A stretch of DNA of 64,000 nucleotides, from positions 682,001-746,000 of the forward strand of contig MU006099.1 of NCBI GenBank assembly GCA_010093705.1. The letters run 5' to 3'. The notes beneath the pieces are model-generated. The model made no database searches, was not told the DNA's origin, and saw nothing but the letters and a program-made list of their open reading frames with translations. Each line of letters begins with the position of its first letter. Position 1 is the first letter of the stretch. Both the position numbers and the translations under genes were made by a program. This document shows positions 35,440 to 47,979 of this stretch, in pieces. Source of the DNA: Patellaria atrata CBS 101060 (lineage: Eukaryota).

Positions 35440-37153
35440 TTATCTGCCCTCCAGCCTCAACTTCTCCAACACCCTCCCCTCCTCCCTTCTCGCCTTGACA
35501 AACCACACCGAACACGCCCAGCACATTGAGATGCCCACCCAGCTATGCACAGGCATCTTGAAATGATTGAGAGCGACGAGTTGCAACGCCGCTCTCGGGA
35601 CTCCGATGAACGTCACTGTCAGGGGACTCGTGGCTTTCACGAGCAGCAGCGTGGAAGCGAATACGCAGACGGAACCGATCGCGCCGCAGAAATTGAGGAA
35701 CCAGAAAAAGGGCACGTCGAGGACGTAGCAGTTGTATATGATATCGTGTAATTCCCCGAAGATGAGCACGAGCGGCGTGAGTATGATGAGGGAGAGGAGG
35801 GATGTGTAGTGCAGCGTCCGCCAGTATGCCCGTGTCTCCTCACGGCTGCCGGTGGGTTCATCGGCAGAGGTCCCGGTGGATGTGACGTACCCGGTCAGAA
35901 TGTCGCCTTGTGGGACAAGGTCGGAGACTAGCGCGCGGTAGGTACGGAGGAGCAGGATGGGGTAGAGAGCGGTGAATGCGGAAGAGAAGACGCCGGCTAC
36001 TATGGATTCCCAGTTTACCCGTACGGAGGAGCGGACACTGGCGAGGAGGAGGTTTAGGAGAGCTGTTAGTGCGGAGGAGAGGGTGCCGATGGAGTAAGTC
36101 GTCCTGTTTAGGGTGGAGGTGAGGATGATAGAGAGAGGGACTATGCCGATTCGAGCGAGGGTGTAGGTGGATGGTTCGGAATACGTGAAGGATATGTTGC
36201 TGAGCAGAACTTTCCCGATGTAGACCGCGGCGAGAGGGAGAACTTGTCGGGCTGTCTTGCGGTCAAATTCGAATATTCCTCCTCCTGCGATACCGCCGTT
36301 CCCACCGACGAACCATCTATACAGGTATCTAAGGGTATTGGGTCCTTTCCCTGACCCTCGATAGCCCGGGGCGACCGGTGTTGTCGGCTGTGACGGAGCC
36401 ACTACGGCACTCATACCAATGCTTCTTAGAGGTCCCGCTAGCATTCTTGTAAGGCTTGCACACATGACGAGGAGTGAATGTGTCATCGAAAGTTGTATTA
36501 AAGTCGCGATTAAGGGGTACGGGATTTTGTAGACTCCAGCTATGGCACACCAAAGGATTAGCAACGATTCCAACACCCAAAAGCACACTATAACCCGCCG
36601 TCTGTGACATACTCGCAAGAATCAACCTATTCATGATCAAAAGCCCAAATCCACACAGGAAAAACCAGAGGACCAAGATCGTCACATATATCTGCCAACC
36701 CAACCATGTTCCAAAGAGAAAGCTACCAAGGCCTCCCGACTTCAGTATCCTCTTCCATGATCCTCTTATACCACTTCCACTTCCAACACTTGACCTTACC
36801 AGCGGCCGTATGGAGGACTCTGGTTCATAAAAGTCGTCCTCGTCTTCCGACGTTGCCGCACTTCTGGACCTCGCATGGAAAGGGGACGGCGACCGGGAGA
36901 AGTCTATCAGTGGGATTGCACCTGGTTGGAGTTCGCCAGAGCTGTGCCGCGAGTGCTGGCTAGATCTGCTCTCCATATCTGCCTCTCGTGTACGGGCGAA
37001 CGCGCGTTTGGGGGTTTCGAATTCGGTGTCATCGAGTGAGGGATCGCGGTAGTGGGAGTGCTTTGGCCGCAAATCAGATTTAGAGATGTTGGAAAGATAT
37101 TGTATTGCAGGTTTGAAGGGATTCCCGGAATTGAAGGGGCGGGGACGGTTCAT
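35440..37153 (-). CDS. Nucleotide-sugar/triose-phosphate transporter family (DMT/SLC35-like) membrane protein; intron 36612-36540
   Basis: MNRLILATGVYKIPYPLIATLIQL, PLAAVYIGKVLLSNISFTY, YTLARIGIVPLS and LLVKATSPLT, with about 9-10 hydrophobic segments after a disordered N-terminus. Confidence 0.8.
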
Positions 37154-37420
37154 TGGTGCGGTACAGGCATATTGTAATGGTGTTGAAGCTACTGGACAAC
37201 TCCGCTCGAGCTAGAGCTTCGACGATGTTGATGAATGCAATGTCTTGGCAAATTTGACAGCACAGGAAGGGGCATCATTTCATTGCATAGACTTCTGATA
37301 GACTACCTAATACATTTTGTCTCCTATCCCTATGCTCTAGCTATGATCTGGTCTACAATCACATTCCGTTCTCTTATGCGTCACTGGCTGTCCGATATCC
37401 TTTTATTGCACATGTCCATA

Positions 37421-39841
37421 CTAACGTAGTGCGCCCATCGCACGACGGAACGTCTCCTGACCAGATTCTAACATTTTCTTCTGGCTCTCCAGGTATGTAC
37501 GCCGTTCTGTCACCTCTGGGCGCTGTGCTGCCACGAATGAAACTTCTTCTTCGCTCATGCCGGCGACAATAAGCGGAGATATGATGTTGTCTGCGAGAGC
37601 ATTAATCAAGTGGCGTTCAATGACTTGCTTTGCGACCACGTTGATAAAGTACTTTTGTTCGTCCTATTATTGTTGTTAGTGTACTAGATTCCAAAGGCAG
37701 GCGGAAATGCTTACTTTGAAATACGCTTTTTGGCTGTCGAGTGCTTCCTCAGCAGAGAAGTGGTCCATATCCAGCTGTAAGTGGTCCGATTCCAAGTTTG
37801 CCTTCAATGCCTGAAAATTGGCGTAAGTATAGAGATTGCCTGTGTCCTTACCGGTGTTTGTCGCCTTATTTACGGCTTGCATTAAGGAGTCTTGGAACCT
37901 CTTTTGGCGCTTTTTCTGGAGCGTCGTTTTATAATAATGGTTATAGGTTATTGGGTGAAGACTTTTGTCCGCAACGATACGCTTGAGCTCTTCGCAACAA
38001 TTTGAGTACATCTGCTTAAGAGCTTCCCCAATCTTAAGGGTCCAGATTCGGGAAGCAATATCTTCGTCGGCGCAATGTTCCAAAACCAGACTTACAAACT
38101 GATTGCACGCACCGTAAACACGATCGATGTGTGTCATCGCTATAGCCTCCCACGGTTCGGATTGCTCCCAAAATAGCTGATTGATGAGCAGAGGATTGAA
38201 GTTTCCGGGAAGTTCACGGCCTCGGGAGCGTTCAAGGATCTTAAGGACCCATTCCACTGCCTTATGACGAGTGAGAGACTTAGGAATGTGATTGTCGGAT
38301 TCGTTACGAAATCTGACCATGGGGTCGGTTTCCCCAGCATCATTTTTGTCTGATTTAGAGGAATTGTCGCTGAATCGCTCCCAAGTCTCCTTAAGGGGTT
38401 CCTTTGTCTTTTCTTTTTCTCCTCTAAAACTTGAATCTTGCAGAGGCCTTGGAGATTCTGCACGTGCTACCGATTCCTCCGTCCTCTCGCCCTTCTTTCC
38501 TATACAGTCCTCCAAAATCTTGAATTTGTGGCCTCGGCTCCGCATATCCTTAGCAAACTGAAGGTTCAGATACTGTGCAACAGCTCGCAAACGTTTAGTA
38601 TTGTCAATACTATCGATCGGACTCTTTGTCTTCACCCCTCCGAAGAATGTACTCTCATAGTGTCCACTGACAGCACTTTTAATGATGTCATGAATATGGA
38701 TTGAGATACCCATGAGGAATTGGCGTTGCTCAGTGGTTGTCGCCCTCTGTGGGCCTAATCCAGAGAGTAACTCTTTAGTTTCCGATAATTTTTGTTCCAA
38801 CTCTTTCTTGAGCCCAGGAAGCTCCTTCTTGAGATGATTGTTCAGCAGTCTACTAAGCCTTGTTCGAAGACTACCGATGCCCACCCGATCGCGTGGTAAC
38901 TGAGCGTACCGCCCTCTTGAAAAAAAAGACAATTCTGCTTCGTTGCGTTCGTTGAAGGTAAGTTGGTGTTCATCATCCCCACGGTTTTTCAACATATGCC
39001 ACCCTAGTTCAAAATAGACATCCCGGTTCTGAGCAAGGTCGAGCCAGTCTTGTTCATTTTGAGAACCTTCTCGTAGGAAATCCGGCTTGGTGATGATACC
39101 TAGGGTGCGAGTTCCGTTAAGATCGACTTTACGGCACTTGTCTAAGATGATCTGATTCGCGTAATCATTCTTGGCTGAGATGACTGCAAGAATGATTGTC
39201 CGTTTGTTTGCGATGTAATCTTGTACGAGACTGTGGATCAGTTTCACGTCTTGCTTAGTTTGAGATTTGTTCTCAGAATGGATAAGACCGGGTAAGTCGA
39301 CTAAAGTTAGTTGTGGACGGTCGGGTCCACAAATTTCAATGCTCAGCACATCTCTAGCAAATGCCCTGGTAGTTGCCGACTCAGGCTGGTCCAAACCCAT
39401 TTCCTTTGTGGCATCTTCGATGAGTTGGGGAAGGATGGAGAAATCCTCAAGCGTTTTTGACCAAGATCTCAATCGGACTTGTTCGTTTTCCGGACGATTC
39501 TTATCAGGTGTGATTTTTGTTGTGATAGAAGCGGTGTGATCACGTCTCAGGATGATCTCAGTCGCAAAACGAGTGCAAAGATTCTCTTTACGAGGGAATG
39601 GGATCTCTGTAATCGCTTCTAGAACTGAGCTCTTACCACTTGACTGATCACCACAGACGACCACTTGCGGGAGCTGAAGAACGTTGCTGAGACCGTTTCG
39701 GCGCAGTTTATCCACAACATCAAGAGTTTTTCTCTGACCAGCATCTTGAAGCGCGTCCAAAGAAGAAGTGGTGATATTCTCCACGTTAACGGGAGAGCCA
39801 GTCCGCTGGCTTTTTGACGGAGGTACATTCGTTTCAACCAT
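37421..39841 (-). CDS. Dynamin-like large GTPase (fungal Mx-like type) with C-terminal GED; intron 37714-37664
   Basis: LPQVVVCGDQSSGKSSVLEA (G1), CTRFATE (G2), LVDLPG (G3), RTLGIITKPD (G4), SRGRELPGNFNP, PITYNHYY and GED-like KYFINVVAKQVIERHL. Confidence 0.93.
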
Positions 39842-41664
39842 GTTGAGGTGAGGCCGTTGCTTAATGATGAACGAACGGTTGATGAGAGGAGAAGAAAGTA
39901 TGAGGCGATGTGGAAGTGGAAATAGTAAATGTGGTCGATTGTGAGGTCTAAATCACTGAACTGAAGAGAACATATCTATGACTGCAAGACAACTCTTCTT
40001 AAATAGAAGATAGGAATCCGGACAAATAAAATCAAATTTAACAATAGTTAAACACCTAAACACAAACGAAACCTTCGTGTGTAAACTGTTACAAACAGAA
40101 TGCGTAGCAAAATATCATCTACACGTGAAATAAAACCTATGACATGGGAAAACGGTGGATGTAAAATTGTGACACAGCGAGTGTTTCTGTCCGCTCCCGT
40201 CTCTTCACGGATAGTAGCATGGGCACATGAACATCATGCTCTCGATTTGCCATTCCTGAGCGAGCGTTTACTTCAACTGTACAGTGTACAGTATACAAGA
40301 TGGTATACCTCTTATGAAGCGTTTCTCACTTACGATATATCCTAGTTAAGGAAGAATATATCATTGGGACTAGTATCTCTCAAGCTCATTTCAGCATAAT
40401 TTGAAGCAATTTCACGATTAGAATCTTTGGACGGAAATCCAAATGTGTACTGTACCAGTACTGCATCATAGGCCAAAACCTGACTAAACTCGAAAATTAA
40501 TGAGATGACAACGGATACCGCCCTGATCTTTGCGTGCTGTTACGGTGGAAATCCGAATGAATGTTCTTCATAGCCTGAAGCGAAAATGGAATTGAATATA
40601 GGGTAAGAAGGCGCTTCCACTCGAATATGAACATAACATTACATTAGCCATAACATAAATAGTACCTATGGTTACGGCACTGTCACATCGTCTTGGTAAA
40701 TCTTGTTAGAAATTATTGAGAGAAATTATTGCTCCCCTCACCTAAAGCATACCATCCAGGCATGACTCCAAGTCGATCACTTGCTCCATCATGCAAGGGC
40801 ATTTCTCCGACTTTTATATGTTTGTGAACTAGGCGTATGTCAGCTAATCTATGCAGTTAGCTAGTTCGTGATATTCCGGATACCAAGTCTATTCCCCTTT
40901 TCTAGGTACTAGACTCGGAGACACTTTGAAAGTGAGCATATACTTGACGAGAAATATCATGAAAGGGAAGCTGATGGAAGGGGAGTTGAGATCTTCGCCA
41001 ACTGACGTATCAGTCGAGTTTCTCGTCATTAGAATGAGGTCAATTTGTGTGAAAGATTGTACAGTACTGCAAATATGTGCGATTGATGCTTACCTTAATT
41101 CTCTTCCTGAGGTTGAGCTGTCAGATGAGATATGGAGGTTCGCTCTAGTCATAGTTCTAGTCCTAACGGAGTATAGACGGAGATGCCAAGATTCTCGGAT
41201 TTTGCCTGCGGGAAGCAGTGACCTGGAACTTTCTTCAATTTCTCTAGACCACGAAGGCATCATACCTATTAATTGCTCTCTTCACCACCTCCTCCCTCGA
41301 GTCCGTCGATCTCTGGGTGGTCCTAAGCACACACACTACATTTTTTCCTCTGCACTGCTTCACTGCTTGTCTGTATATGCACTCAATGGTCAATATGGCC
41401 TAATTTTGATGTCAGGTTCGTATTCCGATCTGGAATTTGACTGCTGCCCGTCCCCATTCGAGCACACTATAAGGTGCGTTCCCTCGTTCAATTTTTCCTC
41501 TCTGCATTTCCATTCACTCTTATCACTGAATAACGCTTACTTCCTCTCACACGCTTAGCTCATATACTGATTTCCGCTACCCTTTCGGTCTCTCTCTCCG
41601 TCGGTTTCTATCCGCAATATAATTATCAAAACTTATCCATACTATCCAAAACACCTAACTCTCA

Positions 41665-44600
41665 ATGGCGACCCATACTACTTCCGGTTCATCCTCTACT
41701 TCCGAAGCCCCGTCCGTAGCACAGCAGCTTCAGGAAAAGCATACAGCTAATGAAGCCCGCCGCGCGAGTGTTCTAGTAGAAGAGGTTATAGATGAATATG
41801 ATCTAGAACATCCAGCGCCTTCCTCCCACATGGCACCCCCTTCTTCTACTGAGAATATGGTAAGCGAAAAAGCGGCGGGAAAGCAAAAGGCTCAAGATGT
41901 CCCTGTCAAGAATGCAAAGGAAAACGTTCCGCTCAATACTCAGTCTGAGGAGTCCTTTCCATCGCTGGGGGCCCCAAAAGCTCGCACTCCAACCCCAGCT
42001 GCGTCAATGTGGGGCAGGAAACCCGCATCGATTTCTACTAACGGTGTTAATGGGTCTACTAATGGTACACCTGCCTCCAACAATACCTCCCGTGCGTCGA
42101 CTCCTGCTTCTGGAATGTTCAGTCCTCAATCAGGTGTTCCTTCGCTTGGTGCTAGTCAGAGAGGCTTTGGTCAGACAGTCTCGCTCCCTGGCCGCCATGT
42201 TGAGCATATTTCCTTGACCCCTGCGCAAATGAAGCCTAAGGCACAATTAAAGCGTCCAATTCCAGATACTCTGAAAGATATCACGAGACAGTATAAAGCT
42301 AAGGTGGACATGAAGCCTGGTCTTGGTGGAGCGTACATTTTTGAGGGTTCGGGCAACGTTGAAGCTGTTCGTCAGGCTCTAAAAGAGGTTGCTAACCAAA
42401 TAGGTTCTAAGGTAAGCTCTATAAATATATCCTATAATTACAGTCCTAGCTAACCGAAATGAAGCAAACCACGAAGGTTACCATTCCTTCATCTCTACGG
42501 GCCCATGTCATTGGTCGTCAAGGTGCAACAATTCAAAACATCAGTAAACGGACCGGAGCTCGCATACAGGTCCCTAAGCAAGAAGAGACTCCTTCAGCCG
42601 ACGATGATGACAGCGCTACTATTGATGTCGTTGTAGAAGGCGACGCTGTGGCCGCAGAGATGGCTCGCCGAGAGATTGAACAGATTGTTAATGAGAGAAC
42701 TTCTACAGTCAATCTGCGCCTTAAGGACATTCCCGCTGAGTACTACCCATTCCTGGCCGGCGCTCATAATGCCCGTATCAATGCACTCGAGCAAGGGCGA
42801 GACGTACGCGTGCAGATCCCGCATTATCATACATGGAATGAGCAAGCGCCCCCTGAAGCACCACCGGCTGGACAACCTGTTCCTTTCGTTCCTCAAACTG
42901 GTTATCCGATTCACATTTCAGGAGATCGTAATGCTGCTCAAGAGGTCCGTGCACAGCTGGAACGCGAAGTTGAGAACCTCCGCCGCCAATTGATCATGGA
43001 GCAGATGGCTGTTGAGCGTGGTCGGCATCAATTTATCGTTGGTGAGCGTGGTAGTTCGCTTCATGATTTTCTTCAGGAGACCGGTTGTAGTGTGATATTA
43101 CCACCTAGTTCCGGAGACAACGAGTTCATCACGATCGTTGGCCCACCGCGCAATATCAAGAAGGCTCAAGAGAAGATCGAAGATCTGGCTGCTTCTATGT
43201 CAATGGCAACGATAGATGTAGCAAGACAGCACGGAAATGCAGCAACTGGTGGACAATCTCATGCTCGCGCCTTGACTAGGTACCTGCGACAACGCCAGGC
43301 TATAGAAGAACTCGAACGATTGCATAACTCCAGCATAGTCCTTCCTGGTTATTCTGATCCTTCGACAAACTGGGAAGTATATTCTAGGGATGGCAAAGCC
43401 ACAATGCGCGCTCGTGCGGACTTGATGAACCTAATTTCAGGGCATCCTCCGACCCGAATGTCAAACGTGGAGGTTGATCCGTTCTTCCACCAACACCTCC
43501 AACAACGAGGTGCACCACAAGTTAGGGAAGATTACGGTGTCCACGTTGTATTCCCAGAAGAGTCTGATGAGTCGCAGGATTTGATCCTTGTCTTCGAAGG
43601 TCTTGGGGAGCCGACGGACTATGAATTGCCTAAGAAACAACCTACCGCGGCAGAAGTTAGAAACTTTCAACGATCGCTCCAGGACGCCCAAAATCATATT
43701 CTCAATATCATTAACGGTCATGGCGAACTCTCCTCTAGGGAACTGGAAGCTCCTCCCAAGTTTCACGAGAAGATCCGACGTTATGCGGAGCGGGAACAAG
43801 CAGGTCTACCCAATGACGCCATTCCCGTTCAAGTGCAACTCAGTGGAGAGTCCTCACGAGCTGCTCCTCGTCGCCCGTCTGGTAACAATTTCGCTATTCG
43901 TGGACCTTCTGGAGCCGTTGACTCATTAGCGGAAAAGCTTCGTGCATTTATTGAACAGGAACATAAGGACGAACTTGAACGCGGTTATACGACTAGCTTT
44001 GACTACCCTCAAAAGTATGCTAATCATCTGATCGGGAAGCGTGGTGAGAACATCAAGAAACTACGAGATGAGTTCGATGTCGACATTCAAGTCAACGATG
44101 GTAAAGTCGAAATCAAGGGCCCCAAGGCAAAAGCGGACGCCTGCAAATCGCATATCCTGGCATTTGCAAGGAAACTGGATGATGAGGCTACTTATGTTCT
44201 CAAGATTAAGCCGCAGTATCATCGTGATCTCATTGGTGCCAAAGGCAGCCAAGTCAACCGCTTGCAGGAGAGATATGATGTCCGCGTCAATTTCCCTCGA
44301 AGTGCTAATAATAACGATGATGCTGATACTGAAGCTGGGGCGTCTGTGAAGAACCATCGTTCACAAGCTCCCGATGAGGTTATCATCAAGGGTCCAAAGC
44401 GAGGTGCTGACCAGGCCAGAGAGGAACTCCTCAGTCTTCTGCAATATGTTATTGACAACTCACATAGTGCTACTGTGTCCGTTGCTCAGAATCAAATACC
44501 GCAGCTCATCGGTCAAGGTGGACGCGAGATGGAGAACCTTCGCTTGATCACTGGAGCACAGATTGACGTTCCAAGTGCTCGAGACGCTGCAGACGATTCC

Positions 44601-45797
44601 GGGCGAGCCGAAATCAAGATCAAAGGAACCAAGAAGCAGGTTGAAGATGCCAAGAAACTTCTCCAAGAGAGGGCACAAGTCTTCGATTCGACCGTTACGC
44701 GCACATTGAACGTCGATAAGAAACATCACAAAGCGCTCATTGGTGCTGGCGGTATGTTATAGCCCGTGTACTATGTATATTAGTAACTAACATAATATTT
44801 AGGAATCAACATCCGTGACATCGTGGTCAACGCCGGTGGTCCAGATGACCGCCGGGAACTCGCGCGTATGGTTCGCTTCCCTCGTCAAGATACCGATGAG
44901 AATGTTATTCGGGTCGAGGGTAACAAGGATGTTGTCGAGAAGATTATTGCATCCATCGAAGCTCTCGTACGCAATCGTGAAAGTCAAACGACGGAGACTC
45001 TCGAAGTGGCCCCGGAGAAGCACAGGCTACTCATTGGTCGTGGAGGAGAAACTCGTCGCAACCTTGAGGCTCAACTGCATGTTAATCTGGATATTCCCAA
45101 ACAGAATACGACGGGTGCCGCTCGATCTCAAGTTAAGATTACCGGAAATCCTAGTGATGTTGAGAAGGCAAAGGAGCATATCCTTTCCTTGGTCAAAGAA
45201 CAGGAAGGTATTACAATAGATGTACCACGTTACCTTCATCACACCATTTCGGACAACGGTCAATTCTTCCGTCGTCTCCGTAATGATCATAAAGTCACCG
45301 TCGATCATAATGGCCAACAACCACCGCCAAAACCAGCGGCTGCATCTTCGCAGCGTAATCGTGTCAATGGCGGTGCTCTCCCTCTGATAACGGATGATAC
45401 TAGTGCTAGCGACGACAATTACTCATGGGAAATTGTCGATGCTGCGACTGCCGATGGTGATGATTCTACCATCCCGTGGGTGCTACGTGGGTCGTCTGAG
45501 AATGTTGCTAAGGTGCGCTCAATTCTTGAACAGGCGCTCGAGAACGCGAAGAAGCCTTCCAGCACTGGTTATTTAATTCTACCTGATCCGAAGACCTACC
45601 GATTAGTCGTCGGACCTGGAGGGAGCCAGGTGAACTCTATCAGGAAGAAGACTGGATGCAAGATCACCGTCCCTCGTGACCAGGCGAAGGGTGAGGCCAT
45701 TGAGATCCAGGGTGTACGTGAAGGTGTTGAAGAAGCTAAAGATATCATCTTAAACCTCATCAAGAACGGTGGCAATAGTGGAAGGAGATATAGTTAA
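41665..45797 (+). CDS. SCP160: Vigilin/Scp160 multi-KH-domain RNA-binding protein; introns 42412-42464 and 44752-44802
   Basis: Many KH GxxG loops (HVIGRQG, FIVGERG, LIGKRG, LIGAKG, LIGQGG, LIGAGG, LIGRGG, VVGPGG) over about 1340 aa. Confidence 0.93.
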
Positions 45798-46301
45798 GTG
45801 ATCTAGATCTAAAGGATTTCTCAACGATACATATCAGAGAGCGTATTGGTGGAGGTATATGAATACAAAATTATCCTGTAGGGGTGCTTTATTTTCATGG
45901 CGTTGAAAATATCTTATCCTTTATTCTTATAGTTCTATGCCTGGATGGGCTTGTGTAGAGTATGAGCTTGTTTCCTAAGTGAGTGATGGATATCATTGTT
46001 AGGTAGCGGCTTTTCATGTAGGACATTTCTCAAAATTCAAGTATGTATTTGCATCCAATATGCGCATCCCGGGCGCATGTGAACTACCTAACTGTGTAAG
46101 TGTTCCAACCTCGTCAATTTGTCCACCTAATCGACTCATCGACTCGTGATAATCAGCTTGTACTTGTACATTGGAAACAGGACGCATTGGCAGTATTATC
46201 GGTTCAATATGATCTCATAAGGTCATCTGAACTCTCTCAACGGATTTCCACACCTCCAGTTCCATCACTCGAAGGAATCGGTAGTTACACTTCTGGAATC
46301 C

Positions 46302-47462
46302 TCACTCGAAATCGTCGAAATCAATTCTAACACCTCCCCCTTGAGCAAACTCGAACTCCTCTTCATTGTCTACAAGCGTGCCGTCTTCAAATTCATCTTC
46401 CAACTCTTCATCAGGCGTCGCATTCCGCTTCAACCACGCCTTCCACAACCCCATTCCCTCCTCACCCGCAATCTCTTGCCCGCGCTCAAGTAACTGGCCA
46501 ATCAAATCCTTCTTCTCGATCTCCAGGTCGCCGATACGCGCACGCAGAATCTCCTGCTGGTCCTCGAGCTCTAGGATTCGCGAATCTTTCGGGCTTCCCG
46601 AAAGGAGGTGTCTCGTGTGCTGTCCCTCGAGTTCCTGGATTCGTGCATCTTTCCTGTTTTCGGAAAGGAGATGAGTGGTGAGCTGCTTGGTCAGGGCTTT
46701 TATGTCGTCTTTGAGGGTCTTGACGTCAGTCGTTAGCTCCTTGTTGAGAGATTGCAAGGTCTTGTTGTCCGCGTTCAGCGTGGTTATCGTTTGGGTCGCG
46801 CCGGCGAGGTTTCCTTGACCCATTTTTAATTGGGAGCGGAGAGACATGAGCTCAGATGTGCGGATCACGGTTATCTCGGAGTTTTGGGTCAGGTGGTACG
46901 GGTCGGGGCCTTTCCATTGGAATTGCGGTTGGAACGGATGCTGCGCCGGTGGAGGTGGGCCGTACTGCGGGCGCGAATGCGAATGGACATGATGATGGTG
47001 AGGTTGTTGCTGAGGAGGCAATTGGGGACCACCACCTGTCATCTGCTTTACCTTATGGTGCTGCGAATCGAGGTGGAGGCTTCTCGGGGTCAATGGTAAT
47101 CCCATGTTTCCCATGACCTGTTGCGGGTGCTGAGGCGGGTGGGCTCGAGATTGAATCTGCGACAAGTGCTGATAAAAGTGCGGCGTGACGGAAATGTTCG
47201 GAGTGGCCTGCTGCTGCTGATTTTCAGGCGACATAAGAGGAGGAGCGAAGTGCATGGCGATTGGATTTTGCGATGCGCGAATGTTTGCCTCCTGCTCGAT
47301 GGAGGAAAAGTGTTTCACTAGATGATCGATTTGGGAGGAGTAGTAGCTTAGCGTCTCATAGAGATTCTCGCAGTGCGGGTGGTCGGTGAATTGCGGTCCG
47401 ACGAGGAAGGGAAGAGAGTCACCGGTGGGTTGTTGTGGCGGGTAAGGTGAGTCACGAGACAT
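46302..47462 (-). CDS. Hypothetical protein: Q/P/H-rich region, coiled coil and acidic C-terminus (386 aa, single exon)
   Basis: Long ATG-initiated ORF with protein-like composition and a heptad pattern (LNADNKTLQSLNKELTTDVKTLKDDIKAL). No recognised domain. Confidence 0.7.
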   Translation of the reverse strand: MSRDSPYPPQQPTGDSLPFLVGPQFTDHPHCENLYETLSYYSSQIDHLVKHFSSIEQEANIRASQNPIAMHFAPPLMSPENQQQQATPNISVTPHFYQHLSQIQSRAHPPQHPQQVMGNMGLPLTPRSLHLDSQHHKVKQMTGGGPQLPPQQQPHHHHVHSHSRPQYGPPPPAQHPFQPQFQWKGPDPYHLTQNSEITVIRTSELMSLRSQLKMGQGNLAGATQTITTLNADNKTLQSLNKELTTDVKTLKDDIKALTKQLTTHLLSENRKDARIQELEGQHTRHLLSGSPKDSRILELEDQQEILRARIGDLEIEKKDLIGQLLERGQEIAGEEGMGLWKAWLKRNATPDEELEDEFEDGTLVDNEEEFEFAQGGGVRIDFDDFE

Positions 47463-47979
47463 TCTGTTGGGAGCGGAGTTCAGGTTGTTGTTCGGTGAAG
47501 GTGAAGGTATCTTATGAAGATGACGGGTAGTGGTCTAGGTAGTGGCTGGCATACCTAAGGTAGGTACCTGAGTGTCGATGATTATCTCTGCTGCCCTCTT
47601 CTATGGTGAAGGTTACCGTGGCAACCGCCTAAGGTAAGATGAAAAGTTTTTCATCTTGGTAACCTAATCTGAAGGTTCCTTTACCTTGCCTGTTTGTGTC
47701 GAAGGTAATTATCTTCTTGCAAGTGTTCACTTGTTTGCTCTTTCCCGTAAATCACCACAGGCTCTTTCCTTTTCAGTTGTAATTTGATTGAAGAAGGCGC
47801 GTTGTATCAACTACAAACAACCTAATACCTTACCTAACCTGCCTACCCTTACCTTTCTATTCTACTTTACTCAATATTCTCTTTACTTCTTCGCTTCCCG
47901 CCACAGCCCATACTTCAACGACATCATACTTTGCACCTCTTCCAGTAACATCATACTCTGCATCTTCTACAGTATAACC

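Noticed and set aside
40926..41558. 210-aa plus-strand ORF upstream of SCP160
   Set aside because: TTG start and non-protein-like composition; it overlaps the probable promoter and 5' UTR of SCP160.
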